From the NCBI GenBank assembly GCA_964016885.1, contig OZ024757.1, positions 16,678,001 through 16,742,000 on the forward strand: 64,000 nucleotides of DNA, given 5' to 3'. Numbering within the stretch: the first letter of the stretch is position 1; every line of letters starts with the position of its first letter. Shown one piece after another: positions 25,571 to 40,669 of the stretch. Both the position numbers and the translations under genes were made by a program. The DNA is from Eledone cirrhosa (Eukaryota). The notes under the pieces were generated by a model. The model ran no database searches. It worked only from the letters and a program-made list of their open reading frames with translations, and was not told where the DNA came from.

Positions 25571-26049
25571 AATAAATGTATTAAACTAAGATTTGATTGT
25601 TTTAACACTTTGTATATATATATATATATATGTGTATGTGTATATTATATATATATATATGTATATATGTGTATATTATATATTATAATTATACATACAC
25701 ACATCTATCCATAAATACATACATACATACATATATACATACATACATTCTTACGTAGATTTCATTACGATAAAACATATAGAATATAATAGGCGACAAA
25801 TGAGAGAAAATTAAACGAATTTCTAACAGTTGTGCTGTTGCCTTAAACGATGTAACCTAACTATTTTATGTTATCGTTTAGAAATGTAATTGGAAGAGAG
25901 AGCTGTTTGAGTGTTGCACATGCTGTGGTGTAATGTAATTTATAATTAACTATCTCTGTAGTAATTTCGTTCAATTGACTTTTAAACAAACGCAAAACTT
26001 AATTACCTTATTTCCTTTTCTCCCCTTATTTTGCTAATATATTCATTTA

Positions 26050-26730
26050 TATATTTACCTGTTTGTATATTTGTTTACCTGTATATTTATTTATTTACCT
26101 GTTTGTATATTTATTTACCTCTATATTTATTTATTTACCTGTTTGTATATTTATTTACCTGTATATTTATTTATTTACCTGTTTGTATATTTATTTACCT
26201 CTATAGTTATTTATTTACCTCTATAGTTATTTATTTACCTGTTCGTATATTTATTTACCTGTATATTTATTTACCTGTTTGTATATTTATTTACCTCTAT
26301 ATTTATTTATTTACCTGTTTGTATATTTATTTACCTGTATATTTATTTACCTGTTTGTATATTTATTTACCTGTATATTTATTTACCTGTTTGTATATTT
26401 ATTTACCTGTATATTTATTTACCTGTTTGTATATTTATTTACCTGTATATTTATTTATTTACCTGTTTGTATATTTATTTACTTGTATATTTATTTATTT
26501 ACCTGTTTGTATATTTATTTACCTGTATATTTATTTATTTACCTGTTTGTATATTTATTTACCTGTATATTTATTTACCTGTTTGTCTATTTATTTACCT
26601 GTATATTTATATATTTACCTGTTTGTATATTTACCTGTTTGTATATTTATTTACCTGTATATTTATTTACCTGTTTGTATATTTATTTACCTGTATTTTT
26701 TTTATTTACCTGTGAATATATTTACCTATT
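26050..26730. repeat. AT-rich minisatellite, alternating TTTACCTGTTTGTATATTTA / TTTACCTGTATATTTA units
   Basis: Read directly. Confidence 0.9.
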
Positions 26731-27039
26731 TAATTACCTATTTTATTTATTTTTTTGTGAATTTTTCTTCATTTGTTTCAATTATTTTGTTTAATTTTCT
26801 GGTTATTAAAATTTCGGTCATGAAAGTTTTTAGTTTTATTTTGAACGAATATCTTTCTAGAATGATTGCTACAATTAATTTGTAATTGTTGTTAATGTTG
26901 ATGATGATGGTGGTGGTGGTGGTGGTAGTGGCTATGTGTGGTGGTGAGAATACAATAGTAAATATAGAGTAATGTAAATGCTAAAGGTTTAATGGTACTC
27001 GCGCCTGTGAAATACTCGCCCTCTTACAGTATGATACAA

Positions 27040-27310
27040 GCGTGGCCTGGCGGTGTGTTGGATTCATGATCATAATGTCGTGGGTTCGATTCCTGGACTG
27101 AGTTGTGTTCAGTTCTTGATAAAAACACTTCATTTTATATTGCTCCAGTTTATTCAGTTGAAGATGTGTACCAGCAATAGCTGGGGATTGGTCGTTGTAA
27201 TGGACTGGCGTCCTGTCCATGGGGGTAGTCTTGTACTCTCAGTCACTTAACACCACGGAAACCGGGAAAAGCTCCGACCCGGTGACCCTCAGGGCTCGAG
27301 AAATGGCTTG
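27040..27310 (+). mobile_element. tRNA-derived SINE (family 1) followed by an expanded (GTT)n tail
   Basis: B box GGTTCGATTCC and core homologous to 18060-18348. Confidence 0.8.
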
Positions 27311-27655
27311 TTGTTGTAGTTGTTGTTGTTGTTGATGTTGCTTATATCGTTGTTCTTATTGTTGTTGTTGTTGTTGTCACTGTTGATGTTGCTTATATCG
27401 TTGTTGTTGTTGCAGTTGTTGTTGATGTTGCTTATATCGTTGTTGTTTTTGTTGTTGTAGTTGTTGTTGTTGATGTTGCTTATATCGTTGTTGTTGTTGT
27501 TGTTGATGTTGCTTATATCGTTGTTGTTGTTGTTGTTGTTGTTGTAGTTGTTGTTGATGTTGCTTATATCGTTGTTGTTGTTGTTGTTGATGTTGCTTAT
27601 ATCGTTGTTGTTGTTGTTGTTGTTGTTGTAGTTGTTGTTGATGTTGCTTATATCG

Positions 27656-27695
<40 letters not shown>

Positions 27696-28045
27696 CACTG
27701 CGACTGTTGTTGCAGTTGCAGTTGTTGTTGTTCCTGCTGCTACTGAAGCTGTTGTTGTTGCTGTGCTGCTGTTGGTGTTTCTTATATCGTTATTGTTGTT
27801 GTTGTACTGTTGTTGTCACTGTTGATGTTGCTACAGTTGTTGTTGTTGTTGTTGTTGTTGCTGTTCCTGTTGCTACAGAAGTTGTTGTTGTTGCTGCTGC
27901 AGCTGTTGTCACTGCTGCTGTTGCTGCAGTTGGTGTTGTTGTTGTTGTTGTCCCAGCTACTACCGAGCCCGTCGTTGCTGCTAATGTCGTTGTTGTTGTT
28001 GATGATGATGATGATGATGATGATGATATTGTTGTTATTGTTGTT
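27310..28045. repeat. (GTT)n array with a recurrent GATGTTGCTTATATC interruption
   Basis: Read directly. Confidence 0.9.
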
Positions 28046-28847
28046 GTCCTTGATAGATTTATTGATAGTTATTTCGGTGGTGGGGAAGCTAGGTCAGTGT
28101 GGGAGTGTGTAAGGGAGGAGGGGGGAGTACAGTCGACACCTCTCAGTATATTTGAATATGTTTATTCAAAACACGTGCACGCGCGGGCGCGCTCAAATGA
28201 ATAACAAAGTAAGATTATCATTATCTCCCAGAATGCCTTGCGGCAATGCAAATGGCGGCAGAAAAATAGGAAATCAGATAATAGACAAAAACCATTATAA
28301 TTATCGTTGTATAGTAAACTAGAAAATGGCGCTTGGAATAGAGAACGAGAAAAATCGGAAAGGTTATAGAACATCTGAAGTTGCAGTCCACAGTTATTGC
28401 AGAAATAGAAAAGCTGTGAGCCATCATATGCCTAGAGGTTCTTGCCTTAGTATTATTGCAAACAATAGAAAATAAAATAAATTTCTACGGCATTAAATGA
28501 TGTATGTATGTATGTATGAATGTATGTATGTATATATGTGTGTGTATGTATGTGTGTGTATGTGTATATGTATGTGTGTGTATATGGGTGTGTATGTATG
28601 TGTGTTTGTATGTGTGTGTGTGGGTGAGGGTGTGGGTGTGTATGTATGTATGTGTGCGTGTGTGTATGTGTGTATGCATGTGGGTGTGTATGTATGCATG
28701 TATGTGGGTGTGTTTGTATGTGTGTGTGTGGGTGTGTATGTATGTGCGTGTATGTGTGTGTATATGCATATGTGTGTGTGTGTATGTATGTATGTATTTC
28801 CAGGTTTGAACACGAGAGAGAGAGAGAGGAAAAATCATAAAGAGATA

Positions 28848-28945
28848 TACAAGGGTCAGCTGAAAAGTTCATAGGCTGAAAAGTCCATAGGCTGATCAAG
28901 ATACTCTCATGAATGACTAAATGAGGTTTATTTTTCAACATAATC
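28848..28945 (+). mobile_element. Possible mariner-like terminal fragment
   Basis: TACAAGGGTCAGCTGAAAAGTT start resembles TACGAGGG mariner-type termini; no partner TIR seen. Confidence 0.35.
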
Positions 28946-29243
28946 TATAGAAAGAAACAATGTAGTTATTAACTGAAATTAAGGCATGCAAGATTTCACT
29001 GCTCTAGCATCACTCCATCATAGTGAGGCTGTTAACCTTCCCTTGTAGAGGAAGAACCAACCCCAGTTCTAGTATGGTACTGTTTTGATTGATCTGGAAA
29101 GGAGTTAAAGTTAAAGGAGTTGACTTCGGTGAGATTTGAACTGTGTGGGCAGAGAGCCGGAACGAATACCGCAAACCATTCTATCCGACGTTCGAACAAT
29201 TCTACCATGACGCCACCTACTGGTTACATTCATTGGTCTCTGA

Positions 29244-29437
29244 CAGCGTTTCTCAATAGGTGTTCCCCAGAACCCTAGGGTTACACAAGAGATTGCAAGT
29301 TCCGCGAGAAACAGTGATGAATAAGCTAACGCATTTAGATATTAATAATGGTATATAATATTTTTTATGCATGAGTTCCCTGAGAGATGAAAACTATTAC
29401 GAGGGTTCCACATAGGTAAAAATGTTGAGAAATGCTG
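29244..29437. mobile_element. hAT/Charlie-like MITE
   Basis: TIRs CAGCGTTTCTCAA / TTGAGAAATGCTG; flanks GTCTCTGA / GTCTATAG resemble a decayed 8-bp TSD. Confidence 0.6.
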
Positions 29438-30253
29438 GTCTATAGCCGCACTGAATTATTAATACAACCAAATATAAGAAACATGTATATTTATGTTTAA
29501 CGAATAACTAAAAGTGTTTTAAAATGTCGACTTTGATGTCAATGATGAAAGGTTTCTCGTGAAAACGAAAACTCATTTAGCTGTCTTACAAGTTTCATAT
29601 ATAGCATTGAAAATAGTGTTTGGTAGAAAAACAAATATGGATGCCATCGTTGAAAGTTTCATGTTTCTATGCACCAAAGAGATTTCGCTGTCGTCTTATG
29701 ATATATACATATGCTGTGAAATAACAAGAATATGTATCTATGTCCAAAAAAACAGCATTAAGTATATTATTACCGATGTGTGTAATGGCGTTGTATGTAT
29801 CAAATAATTGATGACCTTAAAGAATTTTCTCTGGCATTATATTTCATTGTGCCTTGGCACAATTAATGGTGTATGTTCCATATATAGAAAAATAATGTAT
29901 AAAAGATTTTGGGATTATATTTCGTATACAACGTAATTCAACTGGCAAGACTAATGGTGAATGTTAAATATATAGAAAATAATGTATAAAACCTAGGCGA
30001 CAAATTGACAGAGTTGTCAGAACGTCGGATAGAATGCTTTGTGGTATTAGTTTTGGCTCTCCGTTCTCTAACAAATCCCGCCGAGATCAACTTTGCCTTT
30101 CATCCATTCAAGGTCGAAAAAAACGTACAAGTCTAGTACTGATAACGGTTCTTCCTTTATAGCTCTTTCTCACTTCCTGTCTATTATTCTCTATCCTTCT
30201 CTGGAAGAAATCTGCTCTGCTCAGCCCTGGAGGGGAGATGGACCCCGCCAGGT

Positions 30254-30475
30254 TTAACCCTTTTCCATTTACATTACTCTATATTTAATATTAAACTTTC
30301 ACAGTAAACGCTTTATCTCACATAATTATCTCACATAATATCAAATCTATGATTTTTGATACTATCATTTTGAGAAAGTTAACATCAGTATGAGCAGACG
30401 GTTACAGCCAGATTGAACAGAAAGAAGTGAGAGGATTCTGACCGGATATGGCCAGTTTAAATGCTTCGTGGTTAA
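30254..30475. mobile_element. Possible piggyBac-like MITE (degenerate)
   Basis: TTAA-CCC...TGG-TTAA ends. Confidence 0.35.
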
Positions 30476-30760
30476 AATGCCGTATGCCACCACAACGCCC
30501 CTACTACTCAATCAGGTATCATGGGTTCATACATACATTAAATCACAAACATAACAAACCAATACCACAAAGCCTTCTATCCGACATTTTAACGACTCTG
30601 TCATTTCGCCGCCATTTTGTTCTAACACATGAATAAAAGAAATCTCGAATCTTCGTTTACAGAAGAAAATTGCTGATGTAAATTAATATGGCTGATGGAT
30701 ATTGTTGCACTACTGAATAATATTAATATGTCCCTAGTAGGGTCCTGTACAACAACAACA

Positions 30761-30851
<91 letters not shown>

Positions 30852-31060
30852 AGACGACGACGACGACAACAACAACAACAACAGCATCAACTCTCTAGAA
30901 AATTATGAAATGTTAGACTGTTCAAAATCATGTGAAACAACGTGATATCTCGCTTTTGTTACCAGCAGACGAGATTTTATGTCGCTCATCTTCAGTAAAT
31001 ATTGTTTTTAATTAGTTTTTAATTGGAAAAAAAAACAACTAGGAAAATATTTCACCTTCA

Positions 31061-31185
<125 letters not shown>

Positions 31186-31259
31186 TATATATATATAATA
31201 TATATATACATATATATATATGTGTGTGTGTATCTCTCTTTATATATATAGATATAATG

Positions 31260-31311
<52 letters not shown>

Positions 31312-31428
31312 AAAAAAAATGTATGTATATATATATGTATATATACATGTGTGTGTGTGTGCGTATATATTTTCTCCCCTCTGTTACTCATACAGGTTAC
31401 CCAATACTCACACAGCCTCTACTTCTCC

Positions 31429-31466
<38 letters not shown>

Positions 31467-32483
31467 TTCTCTCTCTCGCTCGCTCGCTCTCTCTCCATTC
31501 ATTACGGAAAATTCCAGTAAAATAACAAATATAACTATACCTTATACAAAATTTCTCCAGTAGTAAATTTCTGGGATTCTCCGTTGTAACTCACAGCGTT
31601 ATATAAAATATAGAAGCGACGAATTGAGAGAGTCGTTAGAACGTCAGATAGAATGCTTTGCGATGTCCGTTCCGACTTTCTGCCCTCTGAGTTCAAATCC
31701 TACCATATATATATATAAAATAAGTTGCATTACTTTGAATAAATAATGAATGAATATTACATAATTTATCTACTAAATTTCGTAACTCTTGATTAAATAT
31801 AAATAATATTATTGTTTATTTAAAGATTCACTTCTTCAAAATTTTCAAATGCCAACACTTCCGGTTAACGCCCGTTATATTATATAACACTTATAGAAAC
31901 ATCGTATGTATTTCCGTCGCTAATTTTCTCCTAATGCAGTTTATATATAATATCGTCTTTTTTAAATGTATCATGGATTACTTTACTGATTACAGAAGAC
32001 AGTGTAACGCAGTCTCTCTTCAATTTCTGTGTATATTGTCAATTACGATTTTATTTGACATATATCTACATACATATATATTTGCGTATAATATCAATAC
32101 GCACACTACACATGCTAGCAGAAAAACCACCGTCCGGAGGGTTTTTCTGCTAGTCCCTATCTTAATAGAAGTTCTGGGAATGCTTGAAATATAAATATGT
32201 ATATGTATATAACTTTGCCTTTTATCTCTGGAAGGTCGCTAGAATAAAGAAGATGTAAAAGTATTGATGGCGATTTAATCAACTTTCATCTCTCCACCAC
32301 TCCCAGCCCACTCTACCTGTTTAAGAAAGTAATATTATGTCTAACGTAATTATCATTGCCATCATCATCATCATCATCACCATCATCAATATATTCAAGA
32401 CGATAATTTACAATTTATTATACATGTTGTTTTATAAACTTCTCGGCTTCTCTCTGTCTTCCTCCCTCTCTCTCTCTCTCTCC

Positions 32484-32546
<63 letters not shown>

Positions 32547-32582
32547 AAGTATATATATGCATATACATACATACTGTATATA

Positions 32583-32618
<36 letters not shown>

Positions 32619-32674
32619 CATGCTATATATATAAATACATGCATATATCATATATCCATACACACACACACATA

Positions 32675-32718
<44 letters not shown>

Positions 32719-32729
32719 TATATATATAT

Positions 32730-32785
<56 letters not shown>

Positions 32786-33099
32786 CGTGCACATATATAA
32801 TATATCACATGTGTGTGTATAATATATTATCTCTTTCTCCCTCTCTGATTATTTTTTCGTTCAAATCTCTCTCTTTCTCTCCCCCCCCCCCCCCCCCTCA
32901 CTCTCTCTCCCCCTTCTCTCTACCCCCTCTCTTTGATACCTCCACCCCCACCCACACCCAGTTCAACCTTTATATATTACAACCAAAACATGTTTTGCTG
33001 TCATTTAGAGAAATTTCCTGCGGAACACGACCAAAATTCACTAATTGCTTCACAAACACACATAAACCGGAAACAATCATTTAATATTATTATTGTTTA

Positions 33100-33207
<108 letters not shown>

Positions 33208-33229
33208 CAGCAGCAGTAGCAGCAGCAGC

Positions 33230-33261
<32 letters not shown>

Positions 33262-33514
33262 CAGTAGCAGTAGTAGTAGTAGTCGTCATCGTCGTCGTCG
33301 TCGTCGTCGTAGTAGTAGTAGTAGTATGTTTATTGCGTGTCATCACTGCATTACCGAACACAGAGCTCTATGCACCTTGGGCATGTGCAGTGTTGTTTCT
33401 TGTGGTGTTGTTTCTATCGTATTGAGAGAGGTACTGCATACATGTTACGAAGAGTACTAAGTAGTGCTAATTTCTGTATGTTGGATATATTTGCAAATCC
33501 TGGGGTTTCGTGTG

Positions 33515-33582
<68 letters not shown>

Positions 33583-33609
33583 TCCCAGGACATATATTAG
33601 ATTTGGATG

Positions 33610-33910
33610 AGGAAAATAGAATCAATCCCATTTTCCTCATCCACATTCGAGTTATTTCTATCTCTAGATCTTTATATTTGAAAAGTTTCCCTGATAGATA
33701 TACTATCGTCTGTGAGTATTGATATATCAATTAGAAGACATTTTTTCGTTGTAGTCTTTGACTATAATCTCCGGTCAATTAGCTTTCATCTGGCAGTGTG
33801 TGTGTATCGGCCTATCACACAATATGGTTGTTTCGACATTCTTTAACACCTTTTCTGGTGTATCTTTGTATCAACTTTATACTGTTTGTATGTCATAATG
33901 TTGGCATAAC
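33610..33910 (-). mobile_element. Degenerate R4/Dong-type LINE fragment
   Basis: KLFKYKDLEIEITRMW homologous to the 20742-21695 ORF. Confidence 0.6.
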
Positions 33911-33919
33911 ATCTTGACG

Positions 33920-34224
33920 TAAATTGGAGTTACTGTAGGTTCACCTAAGTGAGCACTCGATGTTTAGGTTCACTTCTGTGTCGAGGTGTAGAGCTAGACA
34001 GAGTGTATTAGATTAAAATAAAACAAGGACGAGTGGTTACTCCTTCATTGCGTTTATTGGTTGGTTGTACGCGTTTCGCCACTGATCAGCTCAAGGTTCG
34101 ATCTGTATCAATCTAGCCCGACTCAGTAATCCACGGCTCGTCAGACCTAATCGGTGGCGAAACGCGCGTCACCAACCAATAAACGTAATGAAGGAGTAAC
34201 CACTCGTCCTTGTTTTATTTTACA

Positions 34225-34225
<1 letters not shown>
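33920..34225 (-). mobile_element. Fold-back element (arms ~34012-34086 / ~34150-34222) with hammerhead
   Basis: Inverted arms read directly; ends in (TA)n. Confidence 0.7.
34062..34147 (-). ncRNA. Hammerhead motif with long stem II
   Basis: Minus strand GGT CTGACGA GCC...GGC GAAAC GCGTA CAACC. The inverted arm keeps the intact 3' half GAAAC GCGC GTC ACC. Confidence 0.6.
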
Positions 34226-34261
<36 letters not shown>

Positions 34262-34266
34262 ACCAC

Positions 34267-34434
<168 letters not shown>

Positions 34435-34761
34435 GTGTGTGTGTGTGTGTAAGTAACAACCAAAATACAAATCAGAAGCTATCTTCTTTGAAGAATGACA
34501 TTTAAATAAAAACAAAAAATACAGAAAATACAATTTAAAAAGAATCAATCCAAGGGCAAAATCAAAATGGTTTCCAAAATACGCTAACAAGAAATGGCGA
34601 GAAAAACCACACCGTGGTGAATAAGCTGATAAAGAGGAAGTAAGCTAGAACATCATCCAACAATGGCGACCAAGCTTTGGGCTAAATGTAGGAACAGAAG
34701 GTTCCATTGTAGCTGCACAGAATCTATATCTAACTAGAGATATATAAAGGTAGAATTTAGA

Positions 34762-35405
<644 letters not shown>

Positions 35406-36283
35406 ATAGCTGTTGTTTAGAGATCTATTGTGGAGTTGAGAGCTGGAGTCTATATATTGAATGTAAGTGTCAATGTAGACACGGTAGAAAATAATCGAAA
35501 AAGCTGTTTCGTTTATTCGTTTGTTTGATGGGGGGGGGGTGAGAGGTGGGGGGGGGGGCTCATGTATTTGGCCTGTGTCATCAGGGACAGGTAATTAAAT
35601 ATCTGCAACTGATACTTTGTGGAATTCTATGCTGAAAGCAAAAATAGCTGTGAAAATATCTAAGAGAGCCATGGAAATGTCGTACACTGCTAGTAACGTG
35701 GCGTGGTTTGGTTTACAGAAGAGAGTGGGCGCCATTTTATTGGTTAATTGCATGATCCCGTAACTCCTGGTGGAGTGATAAGGGCGATGTGGTTGTATAC
35801 GGCGTTTCTCGCCGGGGGGAGGGGGGGGGCATCTCCTCTACTGGTCTGAATACAGCGGATTTCTTCCAGAGAAGGATAGAAAGTGAGGAAAACTCGACCC
35901 CAGAACAAGACTGGTACTTTTTTTTATCTACTTCGAAAGAATGAAAGGCAGGGGTGATCTCAGGCACAAATACAATACAACTACATCAGACATTAGATGG
36001 GGTACAAATACCCAAAGTACATACGTTTACTACATCATTTCAATGTACACTAACACATACTCGCCAATTATAACTACACTTAACTAACTGGGGCTTCTGT
36101 CTTTAAAACACCATACAAAGCTCCTTTGAGATGTAACCTCGCAAGACGTCAGTTCAACTTACATACGTGTGTGCTGTATATTTCATTTCAATTTTTTTTT
36201 TTCTGTCACCACCGTTGGGTTAACCATTAAGCAAAACAACGTGTGGGTTCTTAATTTATTTTCTATGATTCCTGTGAAACTAC

Positions 36284-36320
<37 letters not shown>

Positions 36321-36455
36321 ACACACACACATATATATATATATACGTATATATGTGTGTGTGTGTGTGTGTATTTATTGTACTATATTGTTTGCCGTGT
36401 TGGTTTCCGTTGACTTTTCGAATGTGTATGTATATATATATATATATATATATAC

Positions 36456-36616
<161 letters not shown>

Positions 36617-36628
36617 CATATATATACA

Positions 36629-36660
<32 letters not shown>

Positions 36661-36717
36661 CATATATATATATATACATATACATATATATATATACATA
36701 TATATACATATATATAC

Positions 36718-36805
<88 letters not shown>

Positions 36806-36855
36806 AATGAAATAACAGGAGGCTGGACTGGTGTAAATCCTTGAAAGGTTTATTG

Positions 36856-36911
36856 TACTATGATCATTTCAATGACCGGGTTCCATATGAATCCGGTGAT
36901 ATCATCAGGTA
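36856..36911 (-). ncRNA. Minimal hammerhead motif in a 385-bp island (36806-37190) between (TA)n tracts
   Basis: Minus strand TAC CTGATGA TATCACCGG..CCGGTCATT GAAAT GATC ATA GTA; stem III ATGATCAT is a perfect palindrome. Confidence 0.7.
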
Positions 36912-37186
36912 TTGGAATATAACAAAGGAATATGTAAAAGGCCATGGGTCCGAAAAACCAGAGACAGAGAGGGCGGCTGACCAACTAGCGTCACAGCCAG
37001 CCGTCCTCAAAGTGTTGGCAACCGAAAACTACCTGTCAATATCTGGTAAGGGGGCGCAGGCCTATCATGTACTACCACCACTCCGTCAAAGAAGAAGGGG
37101 AAGAAAGAAAGAAAGGGAGAAAGAAGTGTAGTGTAAGGGTCAAACTACATTCATGTTAGAAAATGCCGCGAAAAAAATGCTACCCA

Positions 37187-37256
<70 letters not shown>

Positions 37257-37271
37257 TATATATATATAAAT

Positions 37272-37460
37272 AACGAAGGAAATGTGGTAAGGAACCAGGT
37301 GGACCATAACGCACCAAAGTACTCAATACTTAGGGTAGTAGAGTGGGTAATAGGAACAAGTAAGACCCCGACGGCTGAGCTCAAGCCGTTTCGACGGCTA
37401 AATCTGGACTGATTTAGCCGTCGAAACGGCTTGAGCTCAGCCGTCGGGGTCTTTCTTGTT

Positions 37461-37464
<4 letters not shown>
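37272..37464 (-). mobile_element. Palindromic family A element in (TA)n
   Basis: Tail plus inverted arms; centre GACGGCTAAATCTGGACTGATTTAGCCGTC. Confidence 0.88.
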
Positions 37465-37529
<65 letters not shown>

Positions 37530-37688
37530 CAATGGTCGTATAATAGCTTACTTGAAACTCTCAGAGTAACTTGAAAGAAAATTCCCATCTTGTTCCATTC
37601 CTAATTCCACCATTGTCGATATCTCTCTAATTAGTATTCCACATCAAAATACTTGGTAAATAAAGCTCATTAAGCAGAGTTTGGGATT

Positions 37689-37803
<115 letters not shown>

Positions 37804-37925
37804 CTTTCTCTCTATATATATATATATATGTGTGTGTGTGTCTGTGTGTGTATGCTCATCCGTCCATCTGTTTCTCTCTCTCTCTCTCTCTCTGTGAAAC
37901 AAATTCATCTCCGTCACAGCACTAG

Positions 37926-38026
<101 letters not shown>

Positions 38027-38044
38027 ATATATATATGTAAATAT

Positions 38045-38145
38045 AACGAAGGAAGTGGGGTAAGGAACCAGGTGGACCATAATATGATCCAGAAATAGCT
38101 GTCGAAACGGCTGAGCTCTGCCCTTGGGGTCCTGACTCTTTTCCT
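38045..38145 (-). mobile_element. Degenerate, internally deleted family A element
   Basis: AACGAAGGAAGTGGGGTAAGGAACCAGGTGGACCATAA...GTCGAAACGGCTGAGCTC. Confidence 0.7.
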
Positions 38146-38302
38146 ATATATAAATATATATATATATGTGTGCGTGTGTGTGTGTGTGCGGTCGCGTGCG
38201 TGTGTGTTGGTGTGCGTGGGTGTTTTTCTGTATGTCCTTTAACATATAGACAATACAACACAGACTTCCAAAAGAGACCTTGAGATTTGTTTGTCACACT
38301 AC

Positions 38303-38343
<41 letters not shown>

Positions 38344-38418
38344 TAAAAATTAGCGAGAATCGAATTTCAGCTCAGGAATTAACGAAAAACACTTCCGAGT
38401 TGTGTGGCAAGCACTCGA

Positions 38419-38490
<72 letters not shown>

Positions 38491-38554
38491 TATATATATA
38501 TTCACACAAACACACACACATATATGTATATATATATATACACACACACACACG

Positions 38555-38600
<46 letters not shown>

Positions 38601-38603
<3 letters not shown>

Positions 38604-39359
38604 GTATATATATAAAGATGAAGTTTTCTCTGTGTGTGTGTGTATGTGTGTGTGGACAATTTTTAATGAGGGCTCATATATTCTAAATCATTCATGCGAT
38701 TTCTTTGAAATTTTTTACAGAGCTACTCCTTGCACAAAACCTCTACATGATCTACAAAGGCTTTCAAAAATCGATATTGGGGCCTTTGGAGACATTAAAA
38801 AAGTTTCGGTTATTTGTGTCAGTTTTCGTGATTAAGTAAGACAAGAGTTATCTTTCGTCAATACAATAGGAACTCACTTTTGATGACGTTGGCTGTTCTC
38901 GAGTTGGTAATCTTGATAACCTATTTATTTATGCTCCTGGCGGGAAAACCAAAAATGTTGTGTATAAATCTGCTCTTCAATAATCCAAAAGACAATGAGT
39001 GCTCCCACCTCTTTTTATAACGATTTGCTCATCCATCAGTTCCCCCCTGTTATGTCCAATCTGTATTGTTATTCCAGCCTATGTACATAATAGAGTCTAT
39101 TATTCACTTCACTTCTCTATTTCATGATGCGCTTTTACTGTTGTCAAAAAAATTTATACCTAGACTGGATTTCTGTTGTTACATGGTATAATGGATGACA
39201 CCGAGCTCACATATTAATTATTTCGCTGGAATAGTGCCTAAGGTTTTCATGTTTACATAAAGTACGTTTTTCTTCTATGTATTCAAATTTACTTTGTTTA
39301 GTTTAATGAGCTACATCGAAAGCTACTTGAAACGTCCCAAGGACGGGTACTTTGACTAG
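38601..39359 (+). mobile_element. Non-autonomous Helitron with helicase C-terminal remnant
   Basis: 5' TC start. 38885-38983 encodes VGCSRVGNLDNLFIYAPGGKTKNVVYKSALQ*. 3' GC hairpin then CTAG|T at 39356-39360. Confidence 0.75.
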
Positions 39360-39392
<33 letters not shown>

Positions 39393-39929
39393 GGGTGTAT
39401 TTTACCGGCACCATAGTGACGGGTAACGACCTAGATTTAAATAATATAAGAGGTTGAAGCCTTTATTATAATAACCAAGAATTTGTCAACAATATGCCGT
39501 ACGTGATTAGTAAAATTACGAATATTAAACAAAAATTACTCCAAAATACATTAACTTATTTATCACTGTTTCTCGTGGAACCCCTAATGACCTCTTGCGG
39601 GATCCAAGGGTTCCTGGGAACACTGGTTGAGAAACACTGCTCTAACTATTCGGCCATGCTGTGTACAAAGGTATTTCAAGAACTTTAGATTCACATCACA
39701 GTTTGTAAATGTAAATACGACGACAGATATATTAAAAATCAATAACCTTAAGGATAAATCAATTAAAAAATCGAAAGAATCTTTTCCTTATTCGTTTTCT
39801 TTACGCACTGTGTATCTACATTGAGTGTCTCGGACAAATCAGCCCCTCAGATATCGATTACTTTCTGATCTGCACACATTGCATCAGGTAATCTCTGGGA
39901 TTAATGGTTATTGTAAGTTGAATTTGTCA

Positions 39930-40175
39930 GTGGAGATACGTGGCCTAGTGGTTAAAGTGTTGGCCTTACGATCATAATGTTGTGGGTTCGATTCCTGGGT
40001 TGTGTGTTGTGTTCTTGAGCAAAACACTTCATTTCACGTTGCTTCAGTATACTCAGCTGGAAATGAGTACCAGCAATAGCTGGGGGGTTTAACCCTGCGA
40101 TGGACTGGCCTCCTGTCCAGGGGAAGTCTTGTACTCTCAGTCGCTTCACGCCATGAAACCGGGATAAGCACCGGT
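39930..40175 (+). mobile_element. tRNA-derived SINE (family 1)
   Basis: GTGGCCTAGTGGTTAA A box, GGTTCGATTCC B box, shared core. Confidence 0.85.
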
Positions 40176-40669
40176 CGGAAATCTTTGCTAAAGGAGGCGA
40201 GATTTGAACCCAAATTCCACAAAACAATTCGGCCGACCTTTTAATAATTCCACCATTCCACCGCCTCTGGACTGGTACTGTTTTTATCAAACTCGAAAAG
40301 ATTAAAGGCGCAAAATATATTTCTCTTTCACTTTATCCCTCCGTCAATTTCGACGATGATTCTTCTAGGGTTTCAATCAACGGAACAGCCTGTTCATAAA
40401 ATCAGCTCTTCATATATCGATTCCTTTGCGATCTACTTAAATTGTAACAATTAAACTCTCTGGGTTTAATGAATGTTGTAAGTTGAATTGGCCGATGGTA
40501 CTTAGCTGTCAAAATGATGGTCGTCTCGTCTGTTTAAGTGTCATAAGGAGAGATTGTAAAGTATGTTTGACAATATCTAGACTGTCTGATTAAGGAAGAA
40601 ACAACAGGAAACTAGAGACAGTTCAGGAAACATGAACACTTCTGATCTGTTGTTGGACTGGGAAGAAGA

